A stretch of DNA of 64,000 nucleotides from Elusimicrobiota bacterium (GCA_043810025.1 JBDRON010000033.1:3431-67430); one strand, 5' to 3'. Positions 1 through 9,579 are shown, counted from the first letter of the stretch. Notes: generated from the sequence alone by a model not told the origin. A program made the numbers and translations.

Positions 1-978
1 CACGATCAGTTTTCGTTCTTCAGAATGGGTTAAATAATATTGTATTTTTTCTTTTAGGTCATTTTCATCTTGATAACAAATTATTTCCTCGCCTATTTTA
101 TACAAATCAGCTATCGCCGCGTTTTCGTCCGCTAAAAGGAAGGTTTGCGAGGCCGGCACTTCAAAAAGGCGCGGAGTAACATTAAATTTTTTATCCCCTG
201 TTCCATAGGAAAGATGAATATCAAGAACGATTTTTGCAGCGTTGTAAATTTTTACCGCCTCTTCGCCAAAAACATTTTGCCGGCGATAACAATTTTTTAA
301 TTCAGGTTTTTTTTCTAGCCAATTGCCCCAAATCCCCAAATTAAAATTTGTTAGTGATTTTAACACTTCCGCTCGTTTAAATTTCATGGTTCCAACAAAA
401 CAAACATCGCTTCCATAATGACTTCTCTCATCATCCGACAATTTCACCCCTCTATGAAGTTCAGGGATACAACCCAAGGGAACTGTTTTGACCCATCTTG
501 AAGAAATTTTTGTATATTTTAAAATATCTTCTGAATCAATCATAAAGAAAAAATCATAATATGGAGATATTTCCTGGACAAATTTTATTCGTATTGGAGC
601 AACTACGGAATCATGGAACCAATTTACCGTAACTATTCCCATTTTTTGTATTTTTTCCAATGTCTGAGGAAGAATACCGTCACCCATTAAAACAAAAAAT
701 ATATCCGGCCGATATTCTTCTATAATTTTTAATAATAACTTATTCATTCTTCCATTTTCTAATGAATCAACTAGCGAAATTGGGGGTATTGATTTTGGAA
801 ATAATTTCTTGATAATTTTTTTTATAAAATAACAATCTGGACTTTTTAAATATTGGCTTTGACGAAAATCAAAAACTTCTGTTTTATAGCCAAGATTTAT
901 TAAACTTTGGTTACAATAATAACCAATTGTTCCTAATATTGTATCCTTTGATTGCGGTGCGGCTAGTAAAATTTTCAT
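1..978 (-). CDS. Glycosyltransferase, CgeB-like/GT1-related (partial; C-terminus runs off window start)
   Basis: The minus-strand ORF starts at ATG 978..976 and overlaps the stop of the upstream wzx-like gene as ATGA. Translation MKILLAAPQSKDTILGTIGYYCNQ...NVTPRLFEVPASQTFLLADEN resembles CgeB/DUF3880-type glycosyltransferases. It is too short for the supplied ORF track only because it is truncated at the window edge. Confidence 0.55.
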   Translation of the reverse strand, partial: MKILLAAPQSKDTILGTIGYYCNQSLINLGYKTEVFDFRQSQYLKSPDCYFIKKIIKKLFPKSIPPISLVDSLENGRMNKLLLKIIEEYRPDIFFVLMGDGILPQTLEKIQKMGIVTVNWFHDSVVAPIRIKFVQEISPYYDFFFMIDSEDILKYTKISSRWVKTVPLGCIPELHRGVKLSDDERSHYGSDVCFVGTMKFKRAEVLKSLTNFNLGIWGNWLEKKPELKNCYRRQNVFGEEAVKIYNAAKIVLDIHLSYGTGDKKFNVTPRLFEVPASQTFLLADENAAIADLYKIGEEIICYQDENDLKEKIQYYLTHSEERKLIV

Positions 979-2504
979 ATTTGTTGCAGTCTCTTTACTA
1001 AATTGCTAAAAAATTCCCTTATTCTGCTCCGGGCAATATTGTCCAGTCCCCATTTCCAGACAATATAAACATAAAGAACAAAAACAAATAGAATTCCGCC
1101 AAGATTAAAAAAATTTAAGAGGGATAGATTAAACCTATTCAAGCACCAAAGCAATAAACTACAAAGTAAAACCGGTGGAAATATTCGATACAAAAGAGAA
1201 CGATACCAAAGTAAAAGATTTATATTTAGCAACTTGCATGAAGCTTTATTGAGCAGTATTGTATCCAATAAGACCCGTAAAAACCAAGCGAAGGCGGCGC
1301 CAACCCCCCCGTATTTGTAAATTAGAAAATATGCTGTCGGAAGGTATAAAACTGTCTCAATAACATGAAAAATAGCCGGAATCTGCGGTTTTCCAATTCC
1401 CTGAAGTATCGTTATTGAAGGACTGGACACAGCATTAATCAAACCGGCAAAAACAAGAATAATCAGTATTTTTGCAGATCTTTGAGCGAAATCAGTGCCG
1501 ATCCAGAGATTAAGAAAAGATTGACCAAAAATAATAAAAAAAATTGCGGGAAAAAAATAAAGGAAAAAAATAAATAAAGTACCGCGATAATGAAGATCCT
1601 TATTTATATGCTTTTCATCAGAACTATGAAAGCGACTGTAAGCGGGGAAAAGCACTCCTGAGAATGCTGCGGGAATAATTGAAATACTACCCATTAAAGA
1701 ATATGGGACTGAATAATAAGTAAGATTTGCAATAGGACGAAACATTGTCAGAAAAACTTTTTCTATATTAATTAAAATCGGATTAGCAACGCCGGAGATT
1801 GTGACAAATCCTCCATATTTTAGCAGTTGAATCAAGGTATTGAAATTCCAAGCTGGTTTGATTAAAAAAGGCAATAACCTTTTTACAAAAATCCAACAAA
1901 TATAAACATTAATTATCTGCACAATAAGATTAGATACAATTATTTCTTTTAGAGATAATCCCAAGATAAGCAGTAATACCGTCAACCCTATTTGACAGGT
2001 GCCCATTAAAACCCCTATACGGTTTAATATATCAAACCTTTCTAAGGCGCGAATAACACCCCATATTGCCGCCGATAACATAGAAATGAGAAAGCCTATT
2101 GAACTTATTCTCAGGGTAAAAATTGCTATTGATTCTAGATCTGCTGGTATATTAAAAAGTTTTTCCACCAAGATTTTTGCAGAAAAAGCAATTAATACTG
2201 TTCCCAACAAACCCATAAAAAGATATACATATATACATGACCAAAAAACTTTTCTGATTTTTTCTTCTTCTCTTCTAACCAGATATTGAGAGATATATTT
2301 TACTGATGCCGAACCCAAACCAAGCTGCAAAAATCCAAAATATCCGACAACTATACCAGAGAGTGTATATACTCCATAGAGGTTAACATTTAGGTGATGA
2401 ACAATGAAAGGGGTGGAAAAAAAGGCAATCAGCAGCATCCAACCTTGCCCGGCGAAGTTCCATAAAATATTTCTAATAATTTTTTGCGATAAACCTTGTT
2501 CCAT
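975..2504 (-). CDS. wzx: Polysaccharide biosynthesis flippase, Wzx/MOP-superfamily
   Basis: A 509-aa protein with about 12-14 hydrophobic helices typical of the polysaccharide-biosynthesis (Wzx) family. It sits inside an EPS operon. It contains a G7 homopolymer within coding sequence (1314..1320 on the + strand). Confidence 0.75.
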   Translation of the reverse strand: MEQGLSQKIIRNILWNFAGQGWMLLIAFFSTPFIVHHLNVNLYGVYTLSGIVVGYFGFLQLGLGSASVKYISQYLVRREEEKIRKVFWSCIYVYLFMGLLGTVLIAFSAKILVEKLFNIPADLESIAIFTLRISSIGFLISMLSAAIWGVIRALERFDILNRIGVLMGTCQIGLTVLLLILGLSLKEIIVSNLIVQIINVYICWIFVKRLLPFLIKPAWNFNTLIQLLKYGGFVTISGVANPILINIEKVFLTMFRPIANLTYYSVPYSLMGSISIIPAAFSGVLFPAYSRFHSSDEKHINKDLHYRGTLFIFFLYFFPAIFFIIFGQSFLNLWIGTDFAQRSAKILIILVFAGLINAVSSPSITILQGIGKPQIPAIFHVIETVLYLPTAYFLIYKYGGVGAAFAWFLRVLLDTILLNKASCKLLNINLLLWYRSLLYRIFPPVLLCSLLLWCLNRFNLSLLNFFNLGGILFVFVLYVYIVWKWGLDNIARSRIREFFSNLVKRLQQI

Positions 2505-2571
2505 ATTTTATTTGTTGTTCTGATTCTACTATATTAATAACTATAAAGAAAAGCGAAAAAACAATAATAGG

Positions 2572-3993
2572 TTAGCTTCTAGCAGTGTAGAAACTCCCTC
2601 CCTCTTGATGGGGGATGGTTGGGTTGGGGGTGATTGTGTTTAAGGGGAGAGGATAAAGGTAGAGTTTCCTTGCGGCCATAATCATCCCCAATAAAAACCA
2701 AAAAGGTTCCATGATCCGGATAATGATAAAGGTATTGGAAGGAATGGCATGAACTATTAATCCGGCTGTGGCCGATAACATCCCTAAGGCAAAGCCTTTT
2801 AACCAATAGACTTCAATATTCCGATAGAACAGATAAAGATTTTTCAAAATTGACCAAAGCAGCCAAATAAAAGCAATTAAACCAACTACCCCGGTTTCCC
2901 CCAAGACAAGAGGGTACTGTCCGTCAAGAAATCCTGCGCCGGTCACCCCCCAGCCCAAAAGACTGCGTTGAGGGAATTTTACATAAATCATGTTTTTCCA
3001 ACTTTCCAGCCGTGCACCCGCCGAACTATCAATTTTTTTTTCAAAAACGGAAATTGCCTCAGACGATGTGCCGCTAAAGGTATAAAGAACTCGATCCCTC
3101 ATTTCTTGATATAATTCTTTAGATAACAAAGGTAAAATAATTATCCCAATTACTGTAAAAACAACCAACAACAGCTTCTTCCGGCGAGTAAAAAAAATCA
3201 AAGTCAACAACATCGGGACAAAAGCGACATAGGAAGCGCGGGACAAAGTCCGGATAAAAGGAGGGATTAAAAAGAGCAGCAAAGCAATTAGCAGAAAATT
3301 TGCGCCTTTGGACGAATTATAAGCAAAAAAACCAAAAACCAGGGCAATTACAATTATGTAGTAGCCGCCCAGAGTATTTGGTTCGCCAGATTTACCTTCA
3401 AATGGCGCGGTTACTCTTTCCATGCTCCCGAATTGACTGTAAACATAAACTGTCATGATTAAACAGGTGATCAGGCCAACGATTAAGTATAATTTTATTT
3501 GTTTTTCTGATTGGACAACATTGGAGACCATAAAAAATAGCAAAAAATATCCCAGATACCGTAGCAAATAAAAAGTGCCTTTTATCCAATTAACATTACC
3601 GTTAATCATCGCCAACGCGGAAGAAATAAAGCAAATCGAGATATAAAAAAAAATGGGTTTATTCAGCGGGGTTAAAGAAATCAATCCCAATTCCTTGTAA
3701 ACTGTTATCCTGACTAACCAGCTAAGAATGACCAATATTAAAATTATATCATCCATCCTGATTACTATATCCCGGCCGGGAAGTTCGGCTAATTTTAGCT
3801 CCGGTGAAAAAATCATCGAAACGATTAAAATTATCAAAGCTAAATCCGGCCGAAGAAATCCGAGCAAACAGACCGCTAAACCAACTACTAAAGCGATGCT
3901 AAGGAAAGGTGAAACCTGCGTGAGCAATTTACTCAGCAGCAAACAAAAAATAATTATGAAGATTATTCCCAGAATATTTTTAATCGAGGACAT
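2572..3993 (-). CDS. O-antigen ligase/polymerase family (Wzy_C-like) membrane protein
   Basis: A 473-aa polytopic membrane protein with a large loop containing RTLSRASYVAFV, resembling Wzy/WaaL-family proteins. It lies between wzc and wzx. Confidence 0.6.
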   Translation of the reverse strand: MSSIKNILGIIFIIIFCLLLSKLLTQVSPFLSIALVVGLAVCLLGFLRPDLALIILIVSMIFSPELKLAELPGRDIVIRMDDIILILVILSWLVRITVYKELGLISLTPLNKPIFFYISICFISSALAMINGNVNWIKGTFYLLRYLGYFLLFFMVSNVVQSEKQIKLYLIVGLITCLIMTVYVYSQFGSMERVTAPFEGKSGEPNTLGGYYIIVIALVFGFFAYNSSKGANFLLIALLLFLIPPFIRTLSRASYVAFVPMLLTLIFFTRRKKLLLVVFTVIGIIILPLLSKELYQEMRDRVLYTFSGTSSEAISVFEKKIDSSAGARLESWKNMIYVKFPQRSLLGWGVTGAGFLDGQYPLVLGETGVVGLIAFIWLLWSILKNLYLFYRNIEVYWLKGFALGMLSATAGLIVHAIPSNTFIIIRIMEPFWFLLGMIMAARKLYLYPLPLNTITPNPTIPHQEGGSFYTARS

Positions 3994-4071
3994 AGAATAC
4001 CTGCGGAAAATGAAGGTTGCAAGTTAGTTCGAGCTTTGCTCGGAATTTTAGGCGCCTGCAGCGCATATTTT

Positions 4072-4152
4072 TTCCCTCTTTTAAAAAGAGGGGTAGAGGA
4101 GATTTGATTAATATTTTAAAATCCCCCTTAATCCCCCTTTCAAAAGGGGGAA
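4072..4152. repeat. Dual-hairpin intergenic repeat element, copy A (CCCTCTTTTAAAAAGAGGGG ... CCCCCTTTCAAAAGGGGGAA)
   Basis: An ~80-bp unit of two GC-clamped palindromes, near-identical to copies at 13867..13949 and 29884..29966. It lies 35 nt downstream of the wzc-like stop, between wzc and wzy. Confidence 0.8.
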
Positions 4153-4186
4153 TACTGCAACTAAAAAATGTATTGATCTTTTAAGT

Positions 4187-6112
4187 TTAGGAGACATTGA
4201 ATTTATCGGGTGAAAAAGCGGCGGCTCGTTTTTTTTCCTGGGATTTATTCTCGTCTTTATCCGAATAATACTTGTTGGAATAATAATAACCGTAACGGGA
4301 AGACATCTCCGATACCTTTAAATCGTTCAGCACCACACCCAGTATTTTGGCCTGCGCTCCATCCAGCTGGGTTTTTGCCCGCCGCAGAACGCCGCGGGCC
4401 ATTCTTCCCACCTTATAGACTAAGACCACCCCATCCACTTTTGCGCCGACTAAAAGCGCGTCGGCAAAAAGCAGCACCGGCGGACAATCCAGCACCACCA
4501 GATCAAATTCCTCTTTTAAGGACTTAATCAAATTTTGCATTTGGACCGATCCTAATACATCACCTGGGTTGGGAGGGATAAAGCCGACGGTAATCACCGA
4601 AAGGTTTTCCAGACTCATCGTCTTAATCACCTGCTCAATTTTTAATCCGCCCATCAGAAAATCCGGAGTGCCTTTTAAGGCCTCCCGCCAGGAGACAGTT
4701 CCTAAAACAATATCAGTTAAACCGCAATCGGATTTAACCCCCAGGATTCTTCCTACTGCCGGCCGGCGCAGATCTCCTTCCACCAAAACAACCCGCAGCC
4801 CGGAGGCGGCCGCCGCCAAACTAAAATTGGTGGCGGTTAGAGTCTTGCCTTCTTCGACGCCGGCGCTGGTAAAAGCTACAGTTTTCCCTTTGCCTAAAAA
4901 TGTGGCAAACTTCAAATTTGCCCTCAAGGTATGATAGGCTTCCATGTAAGGGGATTTGGAATTGTGATGAATAATTAAATGCTGGCGAATATTTTCAATT
5001 TTATTCTGATGCGAACCGGCAAATATTTTCCCAAATAGATTATACCGCTCCGCAGGTCCGATATGCGGGATAACGCCCAAGACCGGAATCTTCAAAAAAG
5101 CTTCCACATCTTCAATGGTTCCAATGGAAGTATCCAAATTCTCCAGAATAAAAGCAAAAATCAACCCTAAAAACAGGCCAAGCATCAGGCCAACCAGTAA
5201 ATTCAGTTGCTTATTCGGACGGATCGGACGAATCGGTTCGACGGCTCCGCTGACCGGAGAAGCCATTCGGAACTCATCCGCAGCATCGATTTCCGCTTCT
5301 TTATATCTTTTGGAAAGCAACGTATATAATTCTTCATTTATCCTTAATTCCCGGGACAAACGGGCCAGTTCTAATTCAGTTTTGGGCAGACGGCTCTGTT
5401 CATTTTCCGCATATTTAATTTGTTGTTGGACCTTGATTACCTCCGGATGCTGCGCGGTATATTTTTTAATAATGTTCGCCTTTTGAGTTCGCAGATCGGA
5501 AAGTTTGTTGGCCCAGTAACTGCCCATGCCGCTGGTTCCATTTTTCTCGATATAGACTTTTTTCTCCTCTTCCGCTTTCTGCAGTTTTGTCCTGATTTGT
5601 TCCAGTTGTTTACCGATATAATCTCTCTTCTCCCTCTTGAGAAGAGAATATTCCTTCGCTCCCTTTTTGACGTAGACATCAACCAGAGTATTGGCGATTA
5701 AAGCGGCCTTAGGCGCCTTATCGGAATTGACCGAAATCTGAATTAAATTGCTATCCCCGATTTTATCCACCTGGACACCACTGATAATTGAATTAACTTT
5801 TTCGGCTATTTCCGCGTTGGAAGAATCTTCCTGGATCCAATTTAACCGCAAAGCTGTTTGCCGGACGATCGATTCGCTTTTTATTACCCTGACCTCAGTA
5901 TTGATCAAAGTCCATAAATCCACCTGGCCGTAAGCCGAAAGATCTCTCGGCTGATCCAACTTAATTACGGCCTTCGCCTGGTAAACAGGAGATTGCAAAT
6001 TAGTAAAAACTATCGTTGAAACCAAAACCAATCCAAAAATAAAGCTGACAAGAAGCTTGCGTTTTTTTATTATCCGCCAATAATCATGAAGGTTCAATTC
6101 ATAATCAGCCAT
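4187..6112 (-). CDS. wzc: Polysaccharide co-polymerase / BY-kinase (Wzc/GumC/EpsG-like) with N-terminal Wzz domain and C-terminal P-loop tyrosine kinase
   Basis: N-terminal TM plus a coiled-coil chain-length-determinant region. Walker A (TSAGVEEGKT), Walker A' (VVLVEGDLRRP) and Walker B (LVVLDCPP) are present. A Tyr-rich C-terminal tail is characteristic of BY-kinases. Confidence 0.8.
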   Translation of the reverse strand: MADYELNLHDYWRIIKKRKLLVSFIFGLVLVSTIVFTNLQSPVYQAKAVIKLDQPRDLSAYGQVDLWTLINTEVRVIKSESIVRQTALRLNWIQEDSSNAEIAEKVNSIISGVQVDKIGDSNLIQISVNSDKAPKAALIANTLVDVYVKKGAKEYSLLKREKRDYIGKQLEQIRTKLQKAEEEKKVYIEKNGTSGMGSYWANKLSDLRTQKANIIKKYTAQHPEVIKVQQQIKYAENEQSRLPKTELELARLSRELRINEELYTLLSKRYKEAEIDAADEFRMASPVSGAVEPIRPIRPNKQLNLLVGLMLGLFLGLIFAFILENLDTSIGTIEDVEAFLKIPVLGVIPHIGPAERYNLFGKIFAGSHQNKIENIRQHLIIHHNSKSPYMEAYHTLRANLKFATFLGKGKTVAFTSAGVEEGKTLTATNFSLAAAASGLRVVLVEGDLRRPAVGRILGVKSDCGLTDIVLGTVSWREALKGTPDFLMGGLKIEQVIKTMSLENLSVITVGFIPPNPGDVLGSVQMQNLIKSLKEEFDLVVLDCPPVLLFADALLVGAKVDGVVLVYKVGRMARGVLRRAKTQLDGAQAKILGVVLNDLKVSEMSSRYGYYYSNKYYSDKDENKSQEKKRAAAFSPDKFNVS

Positions 6113-6136
6113 CAGTAATCCTCTTTATGCCGCTGT

Positions 6137-7318
6137 CTAAAAATAAATCACCAGCAGAAGAATAAAATTAACCATCGATATCCAGGGTAGAAAATTGTTT
6201 AGCCAGGCGGCACCTTTCGCCGCGCCTTTTTGCGGCACATAAACTATATCGCCGGGCTTTAATTCAATGTCTTTATCCAATCTTCCTTTATCCAAAATCT
6301 CGGAAAGATTAACTGTAAATACCTGTCGTTTTCCCCCGCTTTCCCGAAAAATCCGAATTTTTCTGATGACCGCATTCGGCGATGTTCCGCCAGCCAGAGA
6401 AACTAATTCGACAACTTTTAATTTTTCTTTATGCTCGTAAGAACCTGGTTTATTCACTTCACCAAAAAGATAAATTTCCTTTGCGCCTCTGGGTATATCG
6501 ACAATATCTCCCACTTCCAGCAAAAAATCTTTGCTTTTTTCCTTTTCTCCCAGATCGATTAGAATAACCTCTCGTTCTGAGTCTTTCCCTCGATAAATTT
6601 TTACCGGTTTTAGCACAGCATGATCGGTAAGACCGCCGGCATGGGTAATTAACTGCCAAAGCCGCAGTTCTTCGCCATATTCATACGCGCCCGGGCGAGC
6701 AACCTCTCCTAAGACAAAAACCGACCTTTGGCTAAAGCGCTTGACGATAACCGACACCTGCGGATTAGAAACATAAAATGAAAGTTTCTTTGTTAAAATT
6801 CCGGCCAATCGCTCGACTGTTAAACCGGCCGCCATAATTTTGCCGATTAAAGACAGCGCAATATTCCCATCAGGCTGAACGATTACATCGCGGTTAAATT
6901 CTTCTGTTGGTGAAACCGAAATCCCGAGCAAATCACCGATAGAAATTATATAATCTTTTTTATCTTTGCCGGCAGCAAGCAGCCCCGCCGCTTCCGGTTT
7001 TTCCTTTTTTTGCTCAATTAATCCAGCTAACTTACCTTCTTTCTGAACCGGTTCCTTATCCCCGCTTTTCCCCATTTTCAGCTTTTCCAATTCCTCTTTC
7101 CAAACAGCAAGTTCTTTCAGGTCTTCCCCGTCATATTTATCGATAATCCGTTCCAACAGATACCGCCGGTCGTTGATGTTTAAATTCTTCTGCTTAACCA
7201 TCCTTTGATAATAACTTAAATCTTTTTGAAAGGATGTTTCCGGATCGTCGGCCAGCCCTAAATTAGCCGCCAGCAGCAAACAAATAAAAACAGAAGTAAA
7301 CATATTTGTTATTTTCAT
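6137..7318 (-). CDS. wza: Polysaccharide export outer-membrane protein (Wza-like; Poly_export + SLBB domains)
   Basis: Has an N-terminal signal peptide. The SIGDLLGISV...PDGNIALSLIGKIMAAGLTVERL motif is Poly_export-like. It is the first gene of the minus-strand EPS operon. Confidence 0.8.
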   Translation of the reverse strand: MKITNMFTSVFICLLLAANLGLADDPETSFQKDLSYYQRMVKQKNLNINDRRYLLERIIDKYDGEDLKELAVWKEELEKLKMGKSGDKEPVQKEGKLAGLIEQKKEKPEAAGLLAAGKDKKDYIISIGDLLGISVSPTEEFNRDVIVQPDGNIALSLIGKIMAAGLTVERLAGILTKKLSFYVSNPQVSVIVKRFSQRSVFVLGEVARPGAYEYGEELRLWQLITHAGGLTDHAVLKPVKIYRGKDSEREVILIDLGEKEKSKDFLLEVGDIVDIPRGAKEIYLFGEVNKPGSYEHKEKLKVVELVSLAGGTSPNAVIRKIRIFRESGGKRQVFTVNLSEILDKGRLDKDIELKPGDIVYVPQKGAAKGAAWLNNFLPWISMVNFILLLVIYF

Positions 7319-7342
7319 AAGGTTTTTGGTTTGGCTATCAAA

Positions 7343-7371
7343 CTTATAACAGCAATTAACTATTTTTGCAA
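7343..7371 (-). promoter_or_regulatory. Sigma70-like promoter of the EPS operon (TTGCAA-17-TATAAG on minus strand)
   Basis: The -35 element is at 7366..7371 and the -10 at 7343..7348 on the minus strand, about 25-50 nt upstream of the wza start. Confidence 0.4.
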
Positions 7372-7422
7372 CTAATTTTTAAAATATTTTAATTTTTCAG
7401 CGAATAGGTTTAGGCAAAAAAA

Positions 7423-7451
7423 AGACCCGGCAATAATTGCCGGGTCTTTTT
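7423..7451 (-). terminator. Rho-independent (bidirectional) terminator downstream of csp
   Basis: A GACCCGGCAATAATTGCCGGGTC perfect hairpin is flanked by an A-run on one side and a T-run on the other. It lies 17 nt past the csp stop. Confidence 0.8.
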
Positions 7452-7467
7452 GTGTTTGCGGATTGGA

Positions 7468-7668
7468 TTATAATTTCGTTACGTTAACGGCTTGTTCGCC
7501 TTTAGGGCCTTTGGTAATCTCGAATTGGACTTCCTGTCCTTCGTCCAAAGACTTATAACCTTCACCCTGAATTGCGCTATGATGCACGAAGACATCATTG
7601 CCGGACTCAGGAGTAATGAATCCATAACCTTTTTGGTTATTGAACCATTTAACTTTCCCTTTAACCAT
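7468..7668 (-). CDS. cspA: Cold-shock protein, CspA family
   Basis: The 66-aa product [34 protein letters not shown] contains the RNP1/RNP2 motifs of the cold-shock domain. An SD (AAAGGAGG) precedes the start. Confidence 0.95.
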   Translation of the reverse strand: MVKGKVKWFNNQKGYGFITPESGNDVFVHHSAIQGEGYKSLDEGQEVQFEITKGPKGEQAVNVTKL

Positions 7669-7723
7669 TGTTTACTGCCTCCTTTCGCTAAAATTCCAGT
7701 AAATGGCGGTAGAAACTAAAAAA

Positions 7724-7756
7724 CCGCAAGGCGAGCTTCTTCTGTATGCCTTGCGG
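7724..7756 (-). promoter_or_regulatory. Hairpin plus U-tract within the csp 5' leader (attenuator-like)
   Basis: On the minus strand, CCGCAAGGC-(15 nt)-GCCTTGCGG is followed by TTTTT. It lies between the predicted csp promoter (-35 at 7826..7831, -10 at 7804..7809) and the csp start. Confidence 0.45.
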
Positions 7757-7803
7757 TACAAGATTTCTACTCACTTATCTACTACTACTTTTAATTCGAG
7801 CTA

Positions 7804-7831
7804 AGTATACAACTTTCCCAAGATTTGTCAA
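7804..7831 (-). promoter_or_regulatory. Sigma70-like csp promoter (TTGACA-16-TATACT)
   Basis: The minus-strand TTGACA is at 7831..7826 and TATACT at 7809..7804. This gives a ~128-nt leader typical of cspA mRNAs. Confidence 0.5.
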
Positions 7832-7922
7832 GCAAAAAATTATTTCAAAAATTATTTCATTAAATTTGTTGCATTATTTGGAAAAATGAGCTATGTATTT
7901 AATAGGAGGGGGGGGGTAATTT

Positions 7923-9275
7923 ATGAAAGTTGAATCTAAACGAATTGTTCTTTGTAAAGGAATTCGCACGCCGATCGGCCACCTGTCTAAATCCCTGGCC
8001 GGCTTTTTGCCGGAAGAGTTAATGAGAATTGCTATCGAAAGTCTGATTAAGCAAACAGCTCTCGATCATCATCTTATCGACGGGGTTATGGTCGGCTGGG
8101 TGGGACAGGGAAGCCATGCTCCGAATATCGCCCGCGTCACCGCTCTGCAGGCTAAATTACCGATTCAAATCCATGCTTTCACTGTTCAAGCCAACTGTGT
8201 TTCCGGAATCGAATCAATCTGCTCGGCCGCCCGGCATATTTTACTGGGTGAAGGCGGCCTGTATTTAGCCGGCGGCACAGAATCGATGTCTAATTTCCCT
8301 TACGTCTTTAGAGGCTCGCGCAAGCTGAAAGAACTGCGTTCTTTGGATACTCTTGTGGCAAATTGGAGCACGGTTTTGGAAAACAAGGAAATTGCCCTTA
8401 CCGACTGTATCGAGGAAGGGCTAACCGATCCGGTGGAACATTTAAATATGGCCGCCACCGCTGAGGTTTGCGCTCAAATTTACGGCGCCACCAGGCCGGA
8501 AGAAGATGAGTATGCCTACGAAAGCTACAAACGCGCGCTGGAAGGCGAGGAAGACGGATTTTATTCCAGCCACATCGCTCCGCTGGTTAAAAACGGTGAA
8601 ACCATCTTAGAAAAAGACGAATATCCTTATCTGCGGGAAAGTCTGGTAAAAAAGAAAGAAATGATTGCCAAAGCCCCGCTTTTTTTTGATTCTCCGGCGA
8701 TGAGCATCAAAGATTTTTATAAAACTTATGGAAAATTTATTTTCGGCAAAGAATATCGGGAAGGCGAAAGCAAAGCCACGGTAACCTTGTTTAACTCCTG
8801 CGCCCGTTCCGACGGCGCAGCGGTGTTTATTGTTACTACCGATGAAATCGCCAGGAAGAATAATTTAGAAATTATGGCGGAAATAAAAAACTGGTCATTC
8901 TACGGTGTCAACCCGGCCGTAATGGGGATCGGACCGGTCTATGCCACCTTAGCCGCTTTAAAAAAGGCCGAGCTAAAATTTGAAGATCTCGACTACATCG
9001 AAGTCCACGAGGCCTTCGCCGCAACCAATGTTTCCATCTTTAAACTTGCCAAAAGCAAATATAATCAGGATTGGGAAAAACTTTGGCGGGAAAGAAGGCT
9101 CAACCATTACGGCGGCTCCATCGCTTTAGGACATCCGCTGGCCGCTACCGGAACAAGAATTATCCTCAACCTTGTGGAAATGATGAAACGCGATCCCTCC
9201 GCCCGCTACGGCCTAGCCACCGCCTGCGCCAGCGGCGGACTGGGCGGAGCGATCATTTTGGAGAAATACAAATAA
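7923..9275 (+). CDS. Thiolase-family acetyl-CoA C-acyltransferase
   Basis: The active-site Cys is in QANCVSG, the catalytic His in GHPLAATG, and the C-terminal motif is ACASGGLGGA. A strong SD (AGGAG) is followed by a G9 homopolymer in the spacer before the ATG. Confidence 0.8.
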   Translation: MKVESKRIVLCKGIRTPIGHLSKSLAGFLPEELMRIAIESLIKQTALDHHLIDGVMVGWVGQGSHAPNIARVTALQAKLPIQIHAFTVQANCVSGIESICSAARHILLGEGGLYLAGGTESMSNFPYVFRGSRKLKELRSLDTLVANWSTVLENKEIALTDCIEEGLTDPVEHLNMAATAEVCAQIYGATRPEEDEYAYESYKRALEGEEDGFYSSHIAPLVKNGETILEKDEYPYLRESLVKKKEMIAKAPLFFDSPAMSIKDFYKTYGKFIFGKEYREGESKATVTLFNSCARSDGAAVFIVTTDEIARKNNLEIMAEIKNWSFYGVNPAVMGIGPVYATLAALKKAELKFEDLDYIEVHEAFAATNVSIFKLAKSKYNQDWEKLWRERRLNHYGGSIALGHPLAATGTRIILNLVEMMKRDPSARYGLATACASGGLGGAIILEKYK

Positions 9276-9373
9276 AATCAGCGTAAAGCGCAAATAGCTC
9301 CTATTATGCTTTATTTTGGGTTAAAAAGTTTTTCTATTTCCGGATGAGCCTTAAGCTCTTGACGGATTCCGTA

Positions 9374-9557
9374 TATAGGGGACGTAGCTGATAGTGTTGA
9401 CAGATTGCGATATACATTATCCAACTGCAAATATAGAACAAAATATTTTTGTTTCAGTTTTTGCAAATTACCCCATCCTAAGCATACTGTCCTTTATCGT
9501 CTCCTATTATTTTTCAGCATCCACATCTGTCAACACTATCAGCTACGTCCCCTATAA
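9374..9557. repeat. 32-bp perfect inverted repeat pair (TATAGGGGACGTAGCTGATAGTGTTGACAGAT) flanking 120 bp
   Basis: The left arm is 9374..9405. The right arm is its exact reverse complement at 9526..9557. The spacer is AT-rich and non-coding. The element lies between the thiolase gene and the TA locus. Confidence 0.85.
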
Positions 9558-9579
9558 GCAATTTTTTTCAGAAAAAACC

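Noticed and set aside
1999-4027. Plus-strand ORFs 1999..2289 and 3728..4027, and nested minus-strand ORFs 2579..2806 and 3398..3589
   Set aside because: They are embedded in or antisense to the well-supported wzx-like and wzy-like membrane-protein genes.
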